Position numbers and translations under genes: made by a program
In this document: positions 52,705-64,000 of the stretch, piece by piece
Layout of the letters: the number at the start of each line of letters is the position of its first letter
Position numbering within the stretch: position 1 is the first letter of the stretch
The notes under the pieces: model-generated
Database searches by the model: none
The model's input: the letters and a program-made list of their open reading frames with translations, nothing else
Told to the model about the DNA's origin: nothing
Source of the DNA: Lingula anatina
Lineage: Eukaryota; Animalia; Brachiopoda
DNA length: 64,000 nt
Direction of reading: 5' to 3'
NCBI GenBank assembly: GCA_051362555.1
Contig: CM120649.1
Span: 17,126,567 to 17,190,566 of the forward strand

Positions 52705-55700
52705 TTTAAATTGCAGCAACAGAAAGTCACAATTATTATTTTATTTGTAGTCTGCTGACCAATTATCATGACACTCTCCAAAAGTCTACATGGAGAAAAA
52801 AGAAAGTGCCCTTTGACCTCATTTATACTGATATTTATGGAATCAAGCTGTTTAAAGAACAATACCTCCAAGACACAAGCCTAGGCCCATCTAGGTAAGT
52901 TGTTAATTTTTCTACGTAATATAATTTTTTTTTGCCTGTTCAACAAAGAAGAATACTGTAAAAGATAATATTAAAGTCTTTTACGACAGGATAAAAATTG
53001 CTATAGCATTGTTATTAAAAGCACAGTCAAGAGATGAAATATTGGTTGTGTGAAATGATGAAACTATAAAAATGAATATATTTCTTTGCAATTAACGGTA
53101 TCAAAGACTATTTTATGTTTCCTTTAAACTGCCTACATACATAGTGCAAGAAATTTTTTTTAATTTGGTTCCTGATGCAAAATAAACATTATCCAAGAAA
53201 AGTAAAAAAAAAAGTGCATTGTTCTTCACTATTTGATAGGTGTCTCTTCCGTGTGTTGGACTCGTTTGGCACAGAGGCGGATTTCAACTCCTTGACTTAC
53301 GCACTGGCTCACCACAGACAGGAAAACCCTGCCAGAGTCTGCTTCTGGTCCTGCAACAACTTGGAACTGCAGCAATACTTCACAATGTTTCGTAAGTTTA
53401 TTCTGCTCTAGTCTTCTGAGAAGATCAACATTCTAAATTTTTCACTAATCTGCTTGGTATAATAAACAATTTTTTATATCTGTAAATTCTAACTTCATTA
53501 TCATAAAATAACTAAATTATTATTACTCAAAAGTACAATCTATCTTTGATGCCCTTTTTCAGCTAAAATAAAGGCCACCAAAGATGATAACTACTTTCAT
53601 CTAATTTTTTAAACTGCAATAAATACAGTACTTTGGGCTCACCAAACATACTAGTACATGTATGGGCATGTGTTGTCTCAACTTTTAACTCCTAATGTGA
53701 TGACTTGGACCCCATTCCCAGAGATTAGATCAAAATAGATCGACCTAACTCCCTGGGGGTTCATGCTTAATAGCTGTCAGCCGAGCGGGCACGGAAGTTA
53801 ATTATCCCCTTACAGCTTGTAGTAGGCGGGACGGACATTTAAGCTGGATTATCTGACAGTAATCTAGTGAGACTCCCCACAGGGATAGATCGATCTAAAA
53901 TCTATGGGAATGCACCCATAGTGTGATGACTTGGTTTCAGCCCACACACCAGACAACTCCTTCATGGGTTTTGTAATTGAGAAACCAGAGCTGAACAACA
54001 GCCTTAGTGTGGCCAGGGAGCCCAAACAGGGCCTGATATATGCCAAGCAGCATTACATGTTTAAGGTAAGATTAGTGTGTCTGTCTGTCTACCTGTGTGT
54101 GTCCGTCTTTCTGTTCATCTGTCTGTGTGTGTTGTGTGTGTGTGTGCGCGTGTGTGTGTGCCTGTTTGTCTGCCCATGTGTGTGACGGTGTATGTGTCTG
54201 TCCGTTTATCTGTGTGTGTAAGTGTCTTTCTTTCAGTTCTCTTGTTTTTTTGTATGTGTGTGTATGTGTATGTTTGTGAATGTATATGTGATAGAGAGTG
54301 GAGCGAAGTGTATCATCATTTGTTTCTTGATTTCTGTCATTACGCCAATCATGTAATTGGCATTATTTCCGTTTAATAATGACCCTTAGTTTCAGCTGGT
54401 GGCACTTACTGGATAGGCAGCTTCGCCTCTCTGATTCTGTAGTTTTGTCATCCAGTGTGTGTTTTTCCAGGGGAAGGAGCCATACCTGGATATCTTGAAG
54501 GAGTACTTCACATTACACGGGACCAGCAGTCCCTCGGTTCTAATACCCAAAGAGGATGAGGGGAAGGTTCCCGATTACGTACAAAATCATGGCGTGCTCC
54601 AAAACGCTGAGTATACCCAGTTACTTTATCAGTCCAAGGTGAGAGAAGTTGTTCTGCTTGTTTTGCATGTACTAAAATATTTAGTGCTTGCATCAATGTA
54701 TTAAACATAGTGACGCACTAGCATCAACACTTTGTTGTTGTGTGCTGATGAAGCATGAACATGTGCGCACACACAAACACACACTTGCATTGACCATAAG
54801 GATGTCCAGTTTCATCTCAATTCTTCTAAATATTTTTGCTTCACAAAGGTGAATACTGATCTTTTTCCCCTGCTACCTGTTTCACTGTCCAGTTTTGTGG
54901 CAGTACAAGAAGCATGAAGGTGTGTGTGTATGGGGCACCTTTAAAAATAGTTATATTATTTCACAAAAGAAATTCAGTCAGGTTCCCTGCTAGCTAAGAA
55001 CTTAATTGCCAAGGTTACATGGTCACGTGGACACATCTTACCCTATCAGGGACAGTGTCACAACACTCTTATGGACACATGCACACATCTTACCCTATCA
55101 GGAACAGTGTCACAGCACTGGGAATCCTACTCAACTAAGCCAGGAAACGGACTTAAGATTATTGTGAAACCTTTTTTTTTTTTAAACTGGTACCTGGTTT
55201 ATTATTATCATTATTCTGTGTTCTAGGTATTTATAGGTATGGGCTTCCCCTATGAGGGTCCCGCGCCACTGGAGGCCATTGCAGCTGGCTGCGTCTTCAT
55301 CAACCCCAGATTTGACCCCCCACACAGCCGCAAAAATAACCGGTTTTATAAAGAAAAACCAACAAACAGAGAGGTCTGCATGAAATCTTTGTTCATTCTT
55401 TATTCATTATACAATATTTTAATGAACAAAATTATATTATTTTATCAACAGGCATGGGATTAAACAAGTTTTATTACTCTGTTGCAGATTACAAGTCAAC
55501 ATCCTTATATTGAGCATTTTATTGGGGAACCATATGCCTATACAATTGATATAAGCAACCAAACAATTTTGAGAAAAACTGTGGAGAAGATATTAGCCAC
55601 AACTGAGGTCGGTAATAGTTAAGATCTAACAGCTGCTAAATTTTAAAATTATGAAAACGTTTCATTGGTGAAGTTGAATGGTCTAATGCCTTTATCATAT

Positions 55701-57012
55701 GTGTTTGCCCAGTGCCTCCTTAAAATTAAATGTGCCCTTAAAAAAGAAAAATATGTAATTCCATCATGTAAAGTTACATGTATGGACTTCGGGATATTTG
55801 CCCTATGAATTCACAGAAGCAGGGATGATAGAGAGAATGAACTATTACGTGGAGAACCAGGACTTGTGCTCTGTCCCGAGAAAAAGCCACATTCCAGACT
55901 CCGCCATTCACTATGTGTTAGGAGAGCCAGGAAAGTCGTGCAATGAAGTTTGTAGGGATCAGGGTAAGTGCTTACAGAGAATGGGGTAAGTGGGTGTAGA
56001 AAATGGGGTTAAAATTGTCTTTATTACCATTTAATTTGAAGACAGTTCAGGCCTGTAGCCAGCAATTTGAAAAAGGGGGGTTCTTTTTCTGAAAACCTGG
56101 ACCTTTAAGCATGAAACCTTCATGTACCTAAATAAAATTTTACCCAAAGGGGACCTTTTCCCGACAATCATCATCATCATCATTATTCACTCTTGGGTGG
56201 AATGGCACAAGTAGCTGCAACATGCGTAGTCCAAAATTGTTTCCGATTTGCTATTAAAAATTCCAAGGATTCCATTTAGTTGCAGACCAGTACAAATGTG
56301 AATGAGTAGTTTACTGTACATGTGGTCTGTCCAAATATGTTACCTTGGAAACAATTTGGTCTAATGTGCAGGCACAGTGCCCAGCAAACTGGAGTCTTCT
56401 TTTCTGATAACGGATTTTAACAGGGGTAACAATCTGCATATGCAGGGACAGTCTCGCCAGCTGATATTCAGCACTCAATATTGAGTCAGTATTTATTCTT
56501 GTGATTAAGAAGAAACTTATCAGAAAAAATAAACACTTTCTAGGTAGCTTAACCTGAATATTTCTTCAAAATTTTCAGTATTGGCTTAAGTACTTGCTGA
56601 GGATATTGTTACATAATTGATGATACATGGTGAATGTAATATAGTAAGTAAACTGAAAAAAAATTTTATCAGAGGAAATATTTCATTAGATTTTTTGAAA
56701 AGAATTTTACTTTCTATCTCATGAACATATTTTCAATTTATTCCAGGATTTATATGCGCGAATACACATTTCCCAGCTATGAACAGTGAAACTTTTCTAC
56801 ATCAGATGAAGATAACATGCGACATTAATAAATTCATCTCGGACATTGTCCACCCCTCGGTCATTAAAGAGACAGAGGACCACTGGACCTGCTTCTTCCA
56901 AGCTGATGCGGATTTGTTCAGTTGCGCTGGCAGAAAAACAAGCCACAGAAGAGCGTGTTCATGTAGGACGTTCAAAAAGGACCAGACTGCTCTTTGCGAT
57001 ACTTGTAGTTGA
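50794..57012 (+). CDS. MGAT5: Alpha-1,6-mannosylglycoprotein 6-beta-N-acetylglucosaminyltransferase (GnT-V, GT18)-like, ~603 aa
   Basis: Twelve phase-compatible exons: 50794-50955, 51473-51646, 51764-51824, 52121-52223, 52751-52894, 53240-53391, 53941-54065, 54471-54638, 55227-55373, 55488-55607, 55774-55963, 56747-57012. Type II signal anchor; motifs GGPLGELVQWSDL, DLIYTDI, RVLDSFGTE, TMFPHTPDNSFMGF, GFPYEGPAPLEAIA, TSQHPY, LPYEFT; Cys-rich end LFSCAG..RACSCR..ALCDTC. Confidence 0.93.
52666..52702 (+). repeat. (CA)n microsatellite
   Basis: Directly visible, in MGAT5 intron 4. Confidence 0.95.
53709..53917 (+). mobile_element. Harbinger-like MITE copy in MGAT5 intron 6
   Basis: ccccattcccagagattagatc...atctatgggaatgcaccc; same family as 24947-25172. 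Confidence 0.85.
54075..54290 (+). repeat. Degenerate (TG)n-rich tract
   Basis: Low-complexity tgtgtg/tgtc run in MGAT5 intron 7. Confidence 0.9.
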
Positions 57013-57040
57013 TGGCCTGCCTTGAGCTAAAATTGTTGCA

Positions 57041-59860
57041 CAGGGGCGGATGGAAGCAGTCTTCTGGGACTTCCAGAAAACTGTGAGAATTTTCTAGGTT
57101 TACATTGACAGGTATCTGATTTTATGTCGGAAGATGGTCAATAGTGGAGAATTGAAATACCTCTAGATTTAGTTCATATTTTCTATTAAACTCGTCTAGT
57201 GATATGAATCTACCATGGTTATCAACAATATCATTTATGAAGAAAACTCCGTTTCGCAGCCATTTTTTATAACATATAGCTCTATGGTTAATTTTTATCT
57301 TGTCGTTTTTCTATATCGGTTGTGAGAGGATTTCTTCAACAGTTGTACTAGGGTTATTCTGTATTTCTTCCCAAAAGTCAATCACGTCTTGCCAAAAACT
57401 GTTATTCATTTTTATTGACCTTAAGCCCTCACTTGTTAGGTTCCAAAAATTATCTTTTCCATATTCTTTGAGTTCGTTTGCGAGTATATTTTTCCAGCTA
57501 CTCTTGTTTTTTGTGTCGAGAAATCTCTTTATCCAGGACAATTTTAGTGATTTAGCAAACAATTTAATTTGTGGCACCCTGAGACCTCCTTAACTATAGT
57601 CTGATATCAGTGTTGTCCGTTTAATTTTGTCAATTTTACTATTCCATATAAAATTAAAAATCATTTGATCCAATGTTTTGAAAATTATTTCGGAGGGATT
57701 CGGCAACACTGTCAGAATTTGTACCAGTATTGGGAAGGCTAATGTTTTTACTATTGTTACTTTTCCCATTAAAGATAAATTTCTCAACGACCAGTCCGAC
57801 ATTAATTTTTTCATCTTATTAATCTTTTCCTCAAAGTTTACATCATAATAGTTATGTTTATTAAGTTCATACTTTATGCCAAGCAGTTTAAAGTTTCCCT
57901 CATGATTCCACTTGATGTTCTCCGCAGTTTGTATTTCTTCATAGCACCCTCGTTTGCTTCTGATCCAAACTGCTTCGGTCTTGTCAAAGTTAATTTTTAG
58001 GCCAGAGCATTCGGAAAAAAGTTTAATTACCGCGAGTGTTTTTTGCAGGCTCAATTGGTCGTCCAAGAGAGTTAGCGTAGTGTCATCTGCATATGAAGTA
58101 ATCAGGTACTCGACGTTATCAATTTCTATTCCATTTATTTCGGGGTCTTTTTTAATTGCTGCTGAAAGTAATTCAATACATAAAATAAATAAGTATGGGG
58201 AAAGAGGGTCGCCCTGTCTCACACCCCGCCTGACCATAAAGAAATCAGAAAGATGTCCATTATTTTGAATTGACGACAAAATTTCAGAGTATAGAGTTTT
58301 AACCCAATTTATTATTGTTGGGCCGAAATTGTAAAATACTAAAGTGGCATGTATGAAATTCCATTCCAAAGTATCAAAAGCTTTTTCATAGTCTAGTAGG
58401 AGGAGGAGACCGGGTATTTGAACGTTTTCAGTTTTTTCAATAAGGTCGAAAATCAACCTTGTGCATTCACCAATAAATCTCCCTTTTACGAACCCTGTTT
58501 GTGTGCTACTTATTAACTTATTGAGATATCGTTTCATTCTATTTCCTAGCAATTTATTTATAGCAATTTCCTCAACTACATGAGTATCCAAAGTATTATT
58601 CCGGTCCAGTGGCGAAAGGCCATTTTGAATAATGGTAAACGTTTAGAAAGCATCTGCATTAAGAACAGCAATGCAATGAAGAGTGTCCCAAAGCCGTCCA
58701 GATACTTTTACCAAAAATACATCCAAGAACTTGAAAAAATCCCTAGAAAAGCAATAAACAAATGGCACACAGATATTGGGGAAATTTTAGACGAAGAGAA
58801 ATGGCATTTGATATTTAGATCGGTTTTTACCGAGATAGATGACACAAAATTACAAACATTGCAATTTAGAATTAATCATAGAATTTTCAGCACAAATTCG
58901 TACTTAATGAAAATAAAGAAAAAAGAATCTCAGCTGTGCGAGTTTTGTAATATTGCCAAAGAGACAATATATCATGTATTTTGGGAATGTCCATACGTAC
59001 AAAATATCTGGACTTGCCTTATTAATGCTATAAGGGAAAGTATGAAGATGAATATAGAGAGGCATCCCAATGTGTTCTTATTTGGTCTTGTACAACAATT
59101 CAAGATAGAAGGCCTGTATTTACTTACATTGATAACTAAGAAATACATAAGCATATGCAGGTCCAGATCCGACCCCCCCACTTGGGTAGGGTTAATACAA
59201 TATGTCAGATGCTATGGGAATATTACCAGGTTCTCATTATACATGTATCCTCAAGCGAAACGAACTAACATACAACAGATTTGGCTAAATATTGATAAGA
59301 TATTAGCGGAATAACAAAACAAAACTGTTTATAATATGTATTTTTATTTCTTGCTCAAAATAAGATCAGTATTTCAGTGACTGAGCATCTGTATTATAAG
59401 TATTTGTGTGCACTACAGTGTGCGTGCGCCTTCGGATGTGTGAGGCTGTATGAGAAAAAATGTGTGTACGAATGTGCATATACACTATATTACATTAAGA
59501 CACAATCTATTATATCTCTAGTTCTTATAGTGGTGCACAGTATCACCTTGCTTTGTTGACATATTGTTCAGTTTATAATGTGCTCTTTAATGTACTGAAG
59601 AATTTTGTATATTGTATTATACGTTCTACAATATTAAAATAATATTTCAGTGACTGTGCACCCATAAAAGTGTATATATTGTATTAAGTTAAAACTGTAC
59701 TGATGTAGTGTATTGTTTTGTATTTGTACTGAAATGTGCTTTCTGATTCTGTGATGTATTGCATGTTCTCGTATGTTTGTCTTCTTTGTAATGTGCTGTA
59801 TTGTGTTTGTATATGTTTAATAAAAAAAAAAAAAAAGAAATATCTCTAGATCTGCCCCTG
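57041..59860. mobile_element. Small MITE (caggggcggat...atctgcccctg) interrupted by the LINE
   Basis: Left TIR at 57041-57051, right TIR at 59850-59860. Removing the LINE and one TSD restores a ~137-bp element. A related element lies at ~32080-32197. Confidence 0.7.
57169..59836 (+). mobile_element. L1/Tx1-clade non-LTR retrotransposon, 5'-truncated with 5' inversion
   Basis: The RT domain is on the minus strand at 58559-57169 (QTGFVKGR, LDYEKAFD, GVRQGDPLSP, YADD; two in-frame stops). The ORF2 C-terminus is on the plus strand at 58560-59314 (CEFC..ETIYHVFWEC zinc knuckle), followed by a TG-rich 3' UTR, AATAAA at 59819 and poly(A). TSD gaaata(c/t)ctctagat at 57154-57168 and 59837-59851. Confidence 0.95.
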
Positions 59861-59964
59861 GCTATACTGCATTTTAAAACTCAGTTGATAATTAATCTTG
59901 AATTCAAGAGCAATTTTTGTACCAGCTGCTAGTTTTTAGGATCCTAGGAGGCAGGATTTTTTTG

Positions 59965-59995
<31 letters not shown>

Positions 59996-60845
59996 GCCGA
60001 AAAAATTTCTCCGGATACTGCTTCACGAAGTAAGTTCTGAAAATTGGTCCTCACTTTCAGGCCGAAATAATGGTTTACTTTGACTTTGACCCAAATTATA
60101 TTAGCTGTAGTCCAGTAAAATGAGGCAATAATTGTACCTATTTGGTGTTAGGAAGGGTAGAGCTCAGCAGCCCCCTTTTACCCCTATTGTTTGCCTTCGA
60201 TACCTCATGTAAAAGTAGTCATACCCAAAAAGACGCTTCATAGTCATTAACTAATTTAGATTGTACTTTTGTACACACACTATTTTGAAAGCGTTTTATT
60301 TTTTCAGGGATGTGTCTGTGTATTTTTTTCTAGTTGTAGTGCAATGTTTTGATATATAGTATTAAAAGGTTGTGTGACATTTTATAATGTGATTATTTTT
60401 AGAAGAAAGAACCCCCCTTTTGCTGGGAAAAGGTCCTTTCTGGGTAAAATTTTTTCTAGGTGCATGAAGGTTTCATGGTAAAAGGTCCACTTTTTCAGAA
60501 AAAGAATCCCCTTTTGAAATTGCTGGCTACGGGCCTGCTGTATGAATTTCAATAAATACAGTCTAAAAATATTGTTCTGTACAGAAGTTTGAGGAAGGCA
60601 CGTTGGCTGATAACAGTTCATACTGGTGTAATACTGGTTATGTATTGGGGATGAAACCAAATCCATCAAGTCTGTGTAGTAGTAGTTTATTTAAGTAAAT
60701 GCGTGGCAACATAAACAACAAAGAGAAATGCACAATCAAAAGCATACAAATGTACAATTATACGGTTCTGCTGATAAATAAATTATACATTTAGGTACTT
60801 GGAATACCCTTTGTACATAAAATCTACTACAAATCCCAAGGGGCC

Positions 60846-60848
<3 letters not shown>

Positions 60849-60883
<35 letters not shown>
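60849..60883 (+). repeat. (CA)n microsatellite
   Basis: Directly visible. Confidence 0.95.
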
Positions 60884-60885
<2 letters not shown>

Positions 60886-61334
60886 GAGGCTTGATGTTTT
60901 CCTGCTAATTCTGAGTTTACTGGATATAACGGTTGCCGAACTATGATGAGGTGGATATATAATTATATATATAAATATTAAATAACTACAATTATTAATT
61001 TTATTATAAGTAATAGTGTCATCATGATCATCCTTTTGCGGAATGGGAGTGGTAGCTACCCTCCACCAGGGCGCCAGATTGATTTTTCACAGATATTTAC
61101 AGCTATGTCTCTAGATAAATAGACAGTCATTTTGGCTCTGGATTTTTCCGTTTTTCCCTATATAATCTGCCACCCTGGTAGAGGGAAACGGTAGCAGGGG
61201 CATGCTCAGATCAGAGTAGCTTCCATCTCGCCATTCTTAGTGTTTTATTTGGTAGACGACACACGTCATTCACGTGGGTGTTTGAACAGCCAGAATGTGG
61301 TCTGCCTCTTAAGACTTTCCACCAGGTGATGTCC

Positions 61335-61497
61335 CAGGCCCGTAGCCAGGGGGGGTCCGGGGGGGTTCGAAAGAACCCCCCTTTTTGCTGGAAAAAGGTC
61401 CACTCTGGGTAAAATTTGACCTAGGTACATGGGGATTATATGGTAAAAGGTCCACTTTTTCAGAAAAAGAACCCCCCATTTGCTAGCTACGGGCCTG
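61335..61497. mobile_element. caggcccgtagc-TIR MITE (other copies or fragments at ~56048-56165, ~60400-60537, ~62344-62380)
   Basis: TIRs caggcccgtagc / gctacgggcctg flanked by tgtcc on both sides. The internal aaaaggtccactttttcagaaaaagaa block is shared among copies. Confidence 0.85.
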
Positions 61498-62422
61498 TGT
61501 CCATAGATATAAGCTTGGAGAAAGGTTGATCTAATGTGTGGATACAAATTTTTCCGTGACATTTGTATTAGTAGTTTTTTGTTTGTTTGTTTTCTTTAAT
61601 CGCAGTAGGCTTTGCCATGCATTACGTTTATTTTAAATGTCGGTGCCATCCTTGTTTTAAATATTAATAAGTTTTGTAACGCGCATTGGGATTTAATGGA
61701 ATGTGTTATTTAAGCTAAAGTAAATCTTATTTGGCCCGAATGTTCGTACTTTGGTCGTCTTCGTTTATTATCCATAAACTTGGAGGCCAAGATTTTGTAT
61801 TTTTCTATTTTTTATATTCATATTTTCTCAGAAAACCTCGTTTCTATATTACACGGTCTTAAAATTACTATAGACTATACGTTATTTCATGTTGATTGTA
61901 ATTACAGTTCTGTATTAATACATGCTATAAATGTATTTCAGGTTTGTATTATTAACTATTCCGGGCCATGGTGGCTTAAAGGGTTTTGATAGACCACCCT
62001 TGTTATAAAATAATTCCCATTTTCGTATTTGGCTGTACTTATTCATTTTGAAAATTCCTATTTTCTCCTACTTTTGAAGAATTTATTCCCTATACTCTAA
62101 ATAAAAGGTCTGATAAACACCATCCATTGTGTCTGTGCATGTGTACAAGTACCTGTCACTGTATCACGAAAAAAGGCAATTATTATTTTTCTTCGTTTTT
62201 AATAAAATTTTGACGCTAAAAACGGTATGTGTATAATTAAAGCTATATTATTATTTTTTTTGTTTATAAGGGGGGGGATATACTTATGCCCATAATCGTA
62301 AAATGGAAAAAAGCATTCTAAATTTATTTTTTAATCCTCTAAACAGGCCCGTAGCCAACAATTTCAAGGAGGGGGGTGCTGTAAATATAGCCCTTTTACC
62401 CTGAAAGCTAGATTAACCTACA

Positions 62423-63060
62423 TCAGTTTCAGTTTATTTTATTAAAGTCTCACCCATAAATAAAATTAAAAACAATAAAAGTTAAAACAGTCATCAGGCA
62501 GTTCTATAGAGCACTATGAGAGACTAAAAACTAATTACAGTTTAAATACATAAAATTTCTTCTTAATTCTAAGTTAAGGCTACAGGCTTTGGCAGTGCTA
62601 AAATTCATTTTTGGATCGTCAATCAGGAAAAGAAATTTACTTTGTTCATCCAATAAATCAAAATCCGGCTTATAACATTTAGCAGTTCTAATTAAATCAG
62701 TACGATGATCATTAAAAAATGGACAATTAATTAAGAAATGATTCTCATCCTCAACACAACCTGATTCACAGAGTACACACGTTCTCTCCAGGATTGGAAG
62801 TTTTTCATACCGTCCAGTTTCTATTCTGAGTGGGGCCAGCCCACATCTCAGTTTAGCCAAAGCCCGCCGATACATCATACTTGAGCGATAAAGTTGGTTT
62901 CTTAACGTATTCACTAACTACCAAGTCTTGCTTTAACAATCTGAGTAGCCTAAGCTTATTTCCACCTCCTTTTCTACTTGGGGTATCATCCCATAGTTTC
63001 GCCCACCAATCGGAGGGACATTAAGTTTTCACCTAGAGCATAATGGACGATGTTAATTCA
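62423..63060 (-). mobile_element. 5'-truncated RTE-X-like LINE relic
   Basis: RRALAKLRCGLAPLRIETGRY..ERTCVLC..VEDENHFLINCP C-terminal zinc motif; the 3' tail reads aataaa-(actgaa)n on the minus strand at 62423-62443. Clade assigned from remembered motifs. Confidence 0.78.
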
Positions 63061-63526
63061 GAGCAGCTTAATTCGCTGAGTATGTTGTATTATAAGGTGA
63101 TCTGACTGGTAGGTAACCCTTGCACGCATGTATCGTGCGCATCCGCAGAACAGCCTGAAAATAAATTGTTTCTTCGCCGGCCGATATTTGAGCACGGTCC
63201 CATACCCTGCTAAAGTCTGAATAGTTATTTACGAAGAAAAATATAGGTTTATTACCCAAACTATTGATAAAAGAACTCCTACACATTCTATTGAAATTAC
63301 ACAGCTAGCGAACCTTTTCAGCAATATCGTTCGTGACCTGAATTTTCATTGACTTGAGGTCTAACAAATAACTCTTCCCGGAAGAGGTGATTCAACAGTT
63401 AGGTTGATTAATTGACCCACTTAAACTGCAAAGCGAAAGTAGTACTTGGGACAGTCGAGGCGTGGTGTCCTTTTAAGTTAATACTAGCAACTTTAGGCAC
63501 ACAGCTACTAGTAGTGGTCTGCCAAT

Positions 63527-63802
63527 ATGGCCGCCTTTACGTTCATCTATTTTATGATCCTCGGTGTGCCTTTTGTTTGTGGACAGCCTGCCGTGAATCA
63601 AACAGGAATAGAGGACAACGAATATATCGTCGAACTCAAACCATCGGTTGCAGAGTCTGACCCTGATGCCGCCATCTTAACTCTGATCAACTTTGCGTTG
63701 GCCCAAGATCCAAGGGCGATCATCTTCCATAATTACACAATCTTCGACTTCGTGGGCGTGGCCCTCAACACGACCCAGAGTGCGATTAGTTCAGATTACT
63801 AG
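63527..63802 (+). CDS. First coding exon of a secreted protein with an I9-type (subtilisin propeptide) domain; probably a further S8 protease continuing beyond the window
   Basis: Signal peptide MAAFTFIYFMILGVPFVCG, then IEDNEYIVELKP and IIFHNYTIFDFVGVAL resembling I9 motifs. GC-richer than the flanks. Possible weak donor gtgcga at 63780, otherwise a stop at 63802. Confidence 0.6.
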   Translation: MAAFTFIYFMILGVPFVCGQPAVNQTGIEDNEYIVELKPSVAESDPDAAILTLINFALAQDPRAIIFHNYTIFDFVGVALNTTQSAISSDY

Positions 63803-64000
63803 ACTACATGCATGTTAATAGTTGTTAGATTTTCTAAGAAATTGTTAAGTTAATCGTCATTTATTTTATAATTTCTACAATTGTAAGAACCCAACTGCAT
63901 CAAGGTATATCCTGTACACAACATTGGGCAAAATATAATTTTCGTTGATTGAAAAACAATTTCCTGCTATTATCATCATTGCTTGGCTCGTTGAATTTTG

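Noticed and set aside
54077-54376. Cys/Val-rich ORFs (also 25414-25659 and 52542-52871)
   Set aside because: Translations of (TG)n/(CA)n microsatellite tracts.
57590-59314. Two divergent independent genes (an RT and a zinc-finger protein)
   Set aside because: They are consecutive parts of one LINE ORF2 separated by an inversion and enclosed by a single TSD.

Overview
AT-rich, intron-containing animal genomic DNA that looks like a marine invertebrate; the organism cannot be named from sequence alone. Protein-coding content: (1) three paralogous six-exon secreted S8A (proteinase K/aqualysin-like) protease genes, two in tandem on the minus strand (6245-9857, 15172-19062) and one inverted on the plus strand (27825-46324), all with an intact D/H/S triad and a shared GC-AG first intron; (2) a frameshifted GT32 alpha-1,4-glycosyltransferase pseudogene (minus, ~47330-49111) lying head-to-head with (3) a 12-exon MGAT5/GnT-V-like gene (50794-57012) that appears to lack the ~160-aa stem/N-domain; (4) the start of a probable fourth I9-propeptide protease at the right edge. 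Mobile DNA is abundant: a Tc1 element in a 3' UTR, two nested TAG...CTA long-TIR (Academ-like) elements that inflate one intron to 10.6 kb, a 5'-inverted (twin-primed) L1/Tx1 LINE with a 15-bp TSD inserted inside a MITE, L2 and RTE-X relics, and hAT-, Harbinger-, Kolobok- and Helentron-type miniature elements. No tRNA, rRNA or CRISPR array was seen. Family assignments come from motif recognition, not database searches.
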